Source: Escherichia coli O157:H7 (GTDB lineage: Bacteria; Pseudomonadota; Gammaproteobacteria; Enterobacterales; Enterobacteriaceae). From it: DNA of 64,000 bases. The stretch lies in NCBI RefSeq assembly GCF_013167455.1, contig NZ_CP038328.1, one strand, 5' to 3'. Positions 57,064-64,000 of the stretch are shown piece after piece. Numbering within the stretch: the first letter of the stretch is position 1; the number at the start of each line of letters is the position of its first letter. Under the pieces are notes generated by a model, which searched no databases, had not been told where the DNA came from, and was given only the letters and a program-made list of their open reading frames with translations. A program made the translations under genes and the position numbers.

Positions 57064-57795
57064 ATGACATTTGTTAAAGGATTCCCTTTGATTCTTCTGG
57101 TTGCCAGTATGTGCAGCCACGGCGCAGTGCAGCCTGACCGCACGCGCATCATCTTTAATAGCAAAGATAAAGCAACCAGCCTGCGCGTGGAAAACCGCAG
57201 CGATAAACTCCCCTACCTCGCCTATTCATGGATAGAAAATGAAAAGGGAGAGAAAAGCGATGAATTTCTCGTCGCCCTGCCGCCTATCCAGCGACTGGAG
57301 CCAAAAGCGACTTCGCAGGTTCGGATCATGAAACAAGCCGCCACCGCGAAATTACCCACCGATCGCGAATCTCTCTTTTACTATAACCTGCGTGAAATTC
57401 CGCCTGTCCCGGAAGGCAGCGAGGGCCATGCGATCCTGCAAGTCGCCGTCCAAAGTCGCATTAAGCTATTCTGGCGACCCGCCGCATTACGCAAAAAAAT
57501 GGGCGATCATGTTGAGCAACAGCTACAGGTTAGCCAGCAGAATAACCAGCTTACCCTGAAAACCCCGACCGGATACTATCTGACTATTGCCTATCTTGGG
57601 CGGGATGAGAAAGGCGTGCTGCCTGGCTTTAAAAGCACGATGGTCGCACCGTTCAGTTCGGTCACCACCAGCACGGGCAGCTATAGCGGCAAGCAGTTTT
57701 ATCTTGGCTACATGGACGACTACGGCGCATTGCGTATGAACACGCTCTCCTGCCAGCGGCAATGCCGCCTGCAGCCGGTGGAGAATAAAAAATGA
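57064..57795 (+). CDS. ybgP: fimbrial periplasmic chaperone
   Basis: 243 aa ORF with signal peptide and PapD-like features ([20 protein letters not shown]). Confidence 0.8.
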   Translation: MTFVKGFPLILLVASMCSHGAVQPDRTRIIFNSKDKATSLRVENRSDKLPYLAYSWIENEKGEKSDEFLVALPPIQRLEPKATSQVRIMKQAATAKLPTDRESLFYYNLREIPPVPEGSEGHAILQVAVQSRIKLFWRPAALRKKMGDHVEQQLQVSQQNNQLTLKTPTGYYLTIAYLGRDEKGVLPGFKSTMVAPFSSVTTSTGSYSGKQFYLGYMDDYGALRMNTLSCQRQCRLQPVENKK

Positions 57796-58853
57796 GATTC
57801 GCCAAAGGCGTGTTGCTCGCCATCTGTCTGATTTTTTTGCCGCTAAAAGCGGCGCTGGCGCTGAACTGCTATTTTGGTACCGCAAACGGCGCTGTAGAAA
57901 AATCGGAAGCTATTATGCCCTTCGCCGTTCCGGCCAATTCCAAACCCGGCGATAAAATCTGGGAATCTGACGATATAAAAATTCCGGTCTACTGTGACAA
58001 CAACACAAACGGTAATTTTGAAAGCGAGCACGTCTACGCCTGGGTAAACCCTTACCCCGGTATTCAGGATCCCTATTATCAATTGGGCGTAACCTATGAA
58101 GGCGTGGACTATGACGCAAGCCTTGGGAAAAGCCGCATCGACACGAATCAGTGCATCGACAGTAAGAATATTGATATTTACACCCCGGAGCAGATCATTG
58201 CGATGGGCTGGCAAAATAAACTTTGCTCCGGCGATCCAACCGTTATGCACAAATCGCGGACGTTTGTGGCGCGTATGCGGCTTTACGTTAAAGTTCGCGC
58301 CATGCCGCCCCATGATTATCAGAGCAAACTCAGCGATTACATCGTCGTACAGTTTGATGGCGCAGGCAGCGTGAACGAAGACCCTACCGCGAAGAATCTG
58401 AAATATCACATTACCGGTCTGGAAAATATCCGCGTGCTGGATTGCAGCGTCAACTTTGCTATCTCACCTGAAACCCAGGTCGTTGATTTTGGCCGATTTA
58501 ACGTGCTGGATATTCGTCGCCATACGATGTCGCAGCAATTTAAAATAACTACAACCAAATCACAAAACGACCAGTGTACCGACGGTTTTAAAGTCAGCTC
58601 TTCGTTTTATACCGATGAAACCCTTATCGACGAAGATAAATCACTGCTCATTGGCAATGGCTTGAAGCTTCGATTGTTGGATGAAAATGCCTCACCCTAT
58701 ACTTTCAACAAATACAGTGAGTATGCCGATTTTACCAGCGACCTGTTAGTGTATGAAAAAACCTACACGGCAGAATTGTCATCCACGCCGGGTACGCCCA
58801 TCGACGTTGGTCCCTTTGATACAGTGGTACTTTTCAAAATTAACTACAACTGA
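57792..58853 (+). CDS. ybgO: fimbrial adhesin-like protein
   Basis: 353 aa ORF with signal peptide, last gene of the fimbrial operon; 4-nt overlap with the chaperone gene. Confidence 0.75.
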   Translation: MRFAKGVLLAICLIFLPLKAALALNCYFGTANGAVEKSEAIMPFAVPANSKPGDKIWESDDIKIPVYCDNNTNGNFESEHVYAWVNPYPGIQDPYYQLGVTYEGVDYDASLGKSRIDTNQCIDSKNIDIYTPEQIIAMGWQNKLCSGDPTVMHKSRTFVARMRLYVKVRAMPPHDYQSKLSDYIVVQFDGAGSVNEDPTAKNLKYHITGLENIRVLDCSVNFAISPETQVVDFGRFNVLDIRRHTMSQQFKITTTKSQNDQCTDGFKVSSSFYTDETLIDEDKSLLIGNGLKLRLLDENASPYTFNKYSEYADFTSDLLVYEKTYTAELSSTPGTPIDVGPFDTVVLFKINYN

Positions 58854-59001
58854 TTTAGCCTATTGCCCTTTCCAGCCGGAGAGGGCTTCTTCGGTTAATT
58901 GCCAATTTTCCGGCTTTTATTGATTACCGTTATTTTTTCCATGCCCGGCATTCTTTATGCTGTATCGATACACCAAAGAGAAAATAATGAGGGAGCAAAG
59001 G

Positions 59002-60048
59002 ATGCCAGTTTTGCAGTGGGGAATGTTATGTGTGCTATCACTTCTCCTTTCTATTGGTTTCCTCGGATTACATCTCCCGGCGGCACTCTTACTTGGACCG
59101 ATGATCGCCGGGATCATCTTCAGTATGCGCGGGGTTACCCTGCAACTCCCCCGCTCCGCTTTTCTCGCCGCGCAGGCCATTCTTGGCTGCATGATTGCGC
59201 AAAACTTGACCGGTTCGATCCTGACCACGCTGGAGGTTAACTGGCCGATTGTGTTAGCTATTTTACTGGTGACGTTGCTTTCCAGCGCTATCGTGGGATG
59301 GCTACTGGTGCGCTATAGCTCACTGCCCGGAAATACTGGTGCCTGGGGCTCCTCGCCTGGCGGGGCGGCGGCAATGGTCGCGATGGCGCAGGATTACGGC
59401 GCAGATATCCGCCTGGTGGCGTTTATGCAGTATCTGCGAGTGCTGTTTGTCGCGGGGGCCGCAGTTCTGGTCACGCGAATGATGCTGGGCGATAACGCTG
59501 AAGCGGTTAACCAGCATATCGTCTGGTTCCCGCCAGTGAGCATTAATCTCCTGCTTACTATTTTGCTCGCGGTCGTTGCCGGTACAGTGGGATGCCTGCT
59601 GCGTCTTCCTTCCGGCACGATGCTCATCCCGATGCTGGCGGGCGCAGTGCTCCAGTCTGGTCAGCTCATCACCATCGAACTACCGGAATGGCTACTGGCG
59701 ATGGCGTATATGGCAATTGGCTGGCGGATTGGCCTTGGTTTCGATAAACAAATCTTACTGCGGGCACTACGCCCGCTACCACAAATCCTGCTGTCGATTT
59801 TTGCTCTGCTGGCTATTTGTGCGGGTATGGCGTGGGGACTGACCCGGTTTATGCACATTGATTTTATGACTGCCTACCTCGCCACCAGCCCCGGCGGGCT
59901 TGATACCGTGGCGGTCATCGCCGCAGGGAGCAATGCCGATATGGCGCTCATTATGGCGATGCAAACCCTGCGCCTGTTCAGTATTTTGCTGACAGGGCCT
60001 GCCATTGCGCGGTTTATTTCAACCTATGCGCCGAAACGTACGGCCTAG
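59002..60048 (+). CDS. abrB: AbrB-family membrane protein (putative transporter)
   Basis: ORF track 58957..60048; ATG at 59002 gives 348 aa [25 protein letters not shown], polytopic membrane protein. Confidence 0.8.
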   Translation: MPVLQWGMLCVLSLLLSIGFLGLHLPAALLLGPMIAGIIFSMRGVTLQLPRSAFLAAQAILGCMIAQNLTGSILTTLEVNWPIVLAILLVTLLSSAIVGWLLVRYSSLPGNTGAWGSSPGGAAAMVAMAQDYGADIRLVAFMQYLRVLFVAGAAVLVTRMMLGDNAEAVNQHIVWFPPVSINLLLTILLAVVAGTVGCLLRLPSGTMLIPMLAGAVLQSGQLITIELPEWLLAMAYMAIGWRIGLGFDKQILLRALRPLPQILLSIFALLAICAGMAWGLTRFMHIDFMTAYLATSPGGLDTVAVIAAGSNADMALIMAMQTLRLFSILLTGPAIARFISTYAPKRTA

Positions 60049-60836
60049 TGCTGGCAGCCCGGACACCAGTAAAACGGGCGAGATGACAGCGTGGTTTTCT
60101 CAATGATGCCGCCACAGCGTTCGCACAGTTCGCCATCACGATGAAAAACCTTAAAGCGAAACAGCGCCCCATGATGCTTATTCTCATCCACCTGCCCCCG
60201 CGTAGCGTAAGAAAACCGAGGAATATCCAGTAACGCGTGTGCGAGTGCATCCAGTTGCGCCGCATTGAGGTCTTTCGCTTTATGATTTCCAGTCAACCCA
60301 ACCTGCCAGAGGATCTCCACACGCAAATAATTGCCAAGCCCAGCCAGAAACGCCTGATCGAGCAGTAATCCAGCAAACTGACGGTTACGAAAGCGCGGCG
60401 ACAATAACCGTTCTTTCACCACCTCCGGCGTCAGATTCGGATCCAGCACATCGGGACCAACGCGTTGTAAAAACGGATGCGTGGTCAGTTGTTCCGGGGT
60501 CAACATCTCAATATCCGAGGCGCTATAAAGCAGAATGGTTTTGTCAGCCGTTTGCAGTTTTACCCGCAATACTCGCGTGGTCTGCGACTCTTCGCCGGTA
60601 TCAACCACGCGCCAGACGCCATAAAGCTGATTATGGCTGTAGAGCGTTAAGTCGTTGGAAAAATGAGTTAACAACGCCTTACCACGCGTTTCCACATGGG
60701 TAACGTGTTGACCGATAAGTTGTGATTGATAAGTTTTTAACTGCGGGAAGGCAAACCAGACATCAGTTAGTGGTTTGCCTTTGATCGCCGCCTCCAGGTT
60801 ATCCGCTGCACGGCGGATCTCCGGGCCTTCAGGCAT
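60045..60836 (-). CDS. nei: endonuclease VIII (DNA glycosylase/AP lyase)
   Basis: 263 aa [24 protein letters not shown] (N-terminal PEGPE catalytic motif) with C-terminal zinc finger CxxC...CxxC. Confidence 0.9.
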   Translation of the reverse strand: MPEGPEIRRAADNLEAAIKGKPLTDVWFAFPQLKTYQSQLIGQHVTHVETRGKALLTHFSNDLTLYSHNQLYGVWRVVDTGEESQTTRVLRVKLQTADKTILLYSASDIEMLTPEQLTTHPFLQRVGPDVLDPNLTPEVVKERLLSPRFRNRQFAGLLLDQAFLAGLGNYLRVEILWQVGLTGNHKAKDLNAAQLDALAHALLDIPRFSYATRGQVDENKHHGALFRFKVFHRDGELCERCGGIIEKTTLSSRPFYWCPGCQH

Positions 60837-60871
60837 GGTGATATCCTTTTTTCATTCTTTATTAATCGGGG

Positions 60872-61606
60872 TTATGCTGCGACAACAATCCCCTTTTCGG
60901 CAAATGCAGAGCGTAGTCGGCGGGCGAACGCCAGTGCGTGCTCGCCGTCGCCATGCAGGCAGACCGTTTGCGCCGTGACCGTTGCCCATTCGCCGGTGAT
61001 ACTTTTGACTCTGCCGTGTTGCACCATCTCCAACGTTTGCGCAAGCGCCTGTTCTTCGTCTTCAATCAGCGCGCCTGACTGGCTTCGCGGCACCAGCGAG
61101 CCGTCAGCCTGATAACCGCGATCGGCAAACACTTCCTCGCGCGTTGTCAGGCCATATTGCTTGCCTGCACGAATCAGCTCGCTTCCTGCCAGCCCAACGA
61201 GAACCAATGCTGGATCGCAAGCGTATACCGCTCTGGCGATGGCGTCTGCCAGTTGTGCCTCTTTCGCCGCCTGGTTGTATAACATGCCGTGCGGTTTGAC
61301 ATGACGCATTACACCACCTTGCGCACGGGTAATCGTTGCCAGCGCGCCAATTTGATACAGCGTCTGGGCGTAAACGGTTTCTGGCGGCAGCTGCATAGCG
61401 CTGCGACCAAAATTTTTCCTGTCGGGAAAACTCGGATGAGCGCCAATCGCGACACCATTTTTTATTGCTTCACGCACGCAAGCCTGCATGGTTTGCGCAT
61501 CGCCTGCATGAAATCCACAGGCAATATTGGCAGAGGAAACCAGCGTTAATAGCTCTGCGTCGCTGGTGCAGCCTTCGCCCAGATCGGCGTTCAGGTCAAT
61601 TTTCAT
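60872..61606 (-). CDS. pxpA: 5-oxoprolinase subunit A (LamB/YcsF family)
   Basis: 244 aa [39 protein letters not shown]. Confidence 0.88.
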   Translation of the reverse strand: MKIDLNADLGEGCTSDAELLTLVSSANIACGFHAGDAQTMQACVREAIKNGVAIGAHPSFPDRKNFGRSAMQLPPETVYAQTLYQIGALATITRAQGGVMRHVKPHGMLYNQAAKEAQLADAIARAVYACDPALVLVGLAGSELIRAGKQYGLTTREEVFADRGYQADGSLVPRSQSGALIEDEEQALAQTLEMVQHGRVKSITGEWATVTAQTVCLHGDGEHALAFARRLRSAFAEKGIVVAA

Positions 61607-62528
61607 TGTGCAGCCGCCACGCTAATTGTTCGAAATAACGTTGCTGATCTTGCCGCGCTTTCAGTGCCTCTTCCAGTGAACACTGGACAAAATGAATCGG
61701 CTGACCGAGCGGAATTTGCGCCAGATGGTACATATCAGCCTCAATGATACAGGCAATACGCGGGTAACCACCGGTGGTCTGTGCGTCGTTCATCAACACA
61801 ATGGGCTGCCCGTTATGCGGCACCTGCACCACGCCCGGTAACAAACCGTGAGATAACAGTTCGCGATCGGTGGTGCGTTTTAAAATTTGCCCCTGTAAGC
61901 GATAGCCCATGCGGTTACTTTGCGAGCTAAGCTGCCAGGGCGAACGCCAGAATGCATCCTGCGAGGCGCGATCGAACTCATGATATTCCGGCCCCGGCAA
62001 GGCGCGAATGCGGTTGCCCCACAGCAGCTGTTTAACGCCCTGCGCTTCCATAAAATCACGCTTCGCTTTGCCAATCGGGAGTCGGTCACCATCCTTCAGT
62101 AAACGGCCTTCCAGCCCGCCAATCCCCACTTTGAGATCGGTGCTGCATGACCCCATTACCGGCGGAACATCAATACCACCCGCGACCGCCAGATAACTGC
62201 GCATCCCGTGCTGCGGGCGTTTAAGCGTTAAACGCTGGCCTGCTTTCATCGGCAATCGCCAGCCGGTCCAGACGGCATTATCATCCAGCCGCGCTTCGCA
62301 ACCGGCACCCGTCAGAGCAAACCACCCATCAGTTTCGAACTCAACCGTTAACTGACCGAGCGTGATCTCCAGCGCGGGGGCATTGGCATCATTACCCACC
62401 AGCAGGTTAGCAATGCGTAACGCAGGCATATCCAGTGCGCCGCAGTGGCTGATACCCGACTGGCGAAAACCGTGACGACCGCCATCTTGCACAGTGGTAT
62501 ACATGCCCGCACGAATAATCTTCAGCAT
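61596..62528 (-). CDS. pxpC: 5-oxoprolinase subunit C
   Basis: 310 aa ORF downstream of pxpB, overlapping pxpA by 11 nt. Confidence 0.85.
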
Positions 62529-63178
62529 ACTCCCTCCTTTTGCGGTACAAAGCGCACGCTGTCTCCCGGACGTAATAAGATGGGTTCGTCACGCGCCGGA
62601 TCAAACAGGCTGAGTGAGGTATGACCAATCAACTGCCAGCCACCCGGCGTTGCCAGCGGATAAACACCAGTCTGCGGCCCGCCGATCCCGACAGAACCTG
62701 CCGGAACGAGCAAGCGCGGTTCAGCGCGCCGTGGCGTGTGTAGTTGTTCCGGCAAACTCCCGAGATACGGGAAGCCCGGTTGAAAACCTAAAAACCAGAC
62801 CACGTATTCCACGGAGGAGTGCAATTCAACAACCTGTTTTTCGCTCAACCCGCAATGCGCCGCGACCACCGCCAAATCCGGTCCGCCTGCACCACCGTAA
62901 ACCACCGGAATTTCAATAAAGCGAGACTCAGGTTCCAGGGCCTCGCTCTCCTCCCACCAGCGTTGCAAACGCTCTATGGCATCCAGCGCCAGCGACTCAG
63001 GATTACGCAAAATCACCGTGATATTGTTCATGCCGGGAATGGCTTCAACCACATTCGGCATATCCACCAGACGCTGCGCCAGTCGCCAGATCCGTTTCTG
63101 GCTAGCCAGCGTCACCGGCGGTTCCAGTTCCAGCACTACCGCCGTTTCACCTATCAGATAACAACGCGCTCGTTGCAC
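62522..63178 (-). CDS. pxpB: 5-oxoprolinase subunit B
   Basis: 218 aa ORF downstream of ybgI; conserved ybgI-ybgJ-ybgK-ybgL order. Confidence 0.85.
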
Positions 63179-63200
63179 TTTCGATCCCTCTGATTATTCG

Positions 63201-63944
63201 TTATGCAGGATTAGGAATATCAATAAAGGTCACATCAAGATCGGTATTTTCATTCAGCCACTCGCTCAATGCGCGAATACCACCACGTTCAGTGGCATGG
63301 TGACCTGCAGCATAAAAATGCAATCCCTGCTCGCGGGCTGAATGAATGGTCTGTTCAGAAACTTCGCCAGTAATAAAAGCATCCACGCCAAAACGCGCGG
63401 CGCTATCGATAAAACTTTGCCCGCCGCCCGTGCACCAGGCGACGCGCTGGACCACCTCAGGTCCGGTATCGCCACACCATAACGGCTTACGTCCCAGACG
63501 CGCTTCAATCCAGGAAGCCAGCTCCAGTCCCGGCACAGGCATGGTCAGTTCGCCCCACGGCACCAACGGCTCAATTTCGCCCATGACCGTGATCCCCAGT
63601 AACGCCGCCAGCTGTGCGTTATTGCCCAGCTCAGGATGTGCGTCAAGCGGCAAATGCCAGCCATACAGGTTGATATCATTCGCCAGCAACGTTTTTAAAC
63701 GGTTACGCTTCATGCCGCGAATGACCGGAGATTCGCCTTTCCAGAAGTAGCCATGATGCACAATGACCGCATCCGCGCCCAGACGCACTGCCTCATCGAG
63801 CAAAGCCTGGCTGGCAGTGACACCGGTAACAATTTTTTGCACCGTCTCTTTGCCTTCCACCTGCAAACCATTCGGCGCGTAATCACTAATCGCCGCGCTG
63901 TTCAGTTTTTCGTTAATCAGTTGTTCCAGTTCGGTGTTTTTCAT
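63201..63944 (-). CDS. ybgI: Nif3-family dinuclear metal-binding protein YbgI
   Basis: 247 aa ORF MKNTELEQLINEKLNSAAISDYAPNGLQVEG. Confidence 0.88.
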   Translation of the reverse strand: MKNTELEQLINEKLNSAAISDYAPNGLQVEGKETVQKIVTGVTASQALLDEAVRLGADAVIVHHGYFWKGESPVIRGMKRNRLKTLLANDINLYGWHLPLDAHPELGNNAQLAALLGITVMGEIEPLVPWGELTMPVPGLELASWIEARLGRKPLWCGDTGPEVVQRVAWCTGGGQSFIDSAARFGVDAFITGEVSEQTIHSAREQGLHFYAAGHHATERGGIRALSEWLNENTDLDVTFIDIPNPA

Positions 63945-64000
63945 CTTCGCGCCTTCCGTATTCTGATAGCTACACCGTTAACATAGCGTTACCTCGCCTG

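Overview
Enterobacterial (Escherichia coli-type) chromosomal backbone, in reverse orientation relative to the usual K-12 map, running pgl-ybhA-modCBA-acrZ-modEF-galETKM-gpmA-aroG-ybgS-zitB-pnuC-nadA-(Lys/Val tRNA array)-cpoB-pal-tolBARQ-ybgC-ybgE-cydXBA ... sucDCBA-sdhBADC-gltA-ybgDQPO fimbrial operon-abrB-nei-pxpACB-ybgI. Gene identities come from reading the translated ORFs and recognising the proteins and their conserved order; no database search was run. The notable part is a ~13.4 kb accessory segment (about 28.2-41.6 kb) between cydA and sucD, where K-12-type genomes carry mngR-mngA-mngB from memory. It encodes a B12-dependent glutamate mutase (S, L, E components), 3-methylaspartate ammonia-lyase, a translationally coupled pair of uncharacterised proteins, a dicarboxylate/amino-acid symporter, a class I fumarase paralogue (FumD-type mesaconase), a BtuR/CobA-like corrinoid adenosyltransferase and a LysR regulator. 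This is the methylaspartate (mesaconate) route of glutamate catabolism; no citramalate lyase is visible in the cluster. Upstream of it sit two markedly AT-rich ORFs (314 and 140 aa) that I cannot assign to any family; these and the uncharacterised pair inside the operon are the best candidates for undescribed biology. The tRNA array has four tRNA-Lys and two tRNA-Val genes plus a 17-nt tRNA-Lys 3' fragment. No CRISPR array, integrase, transposase or prophage gene was seen. Coordinates of starts were adjusted by hand where the ORF track began at an upstream in-frame codon.
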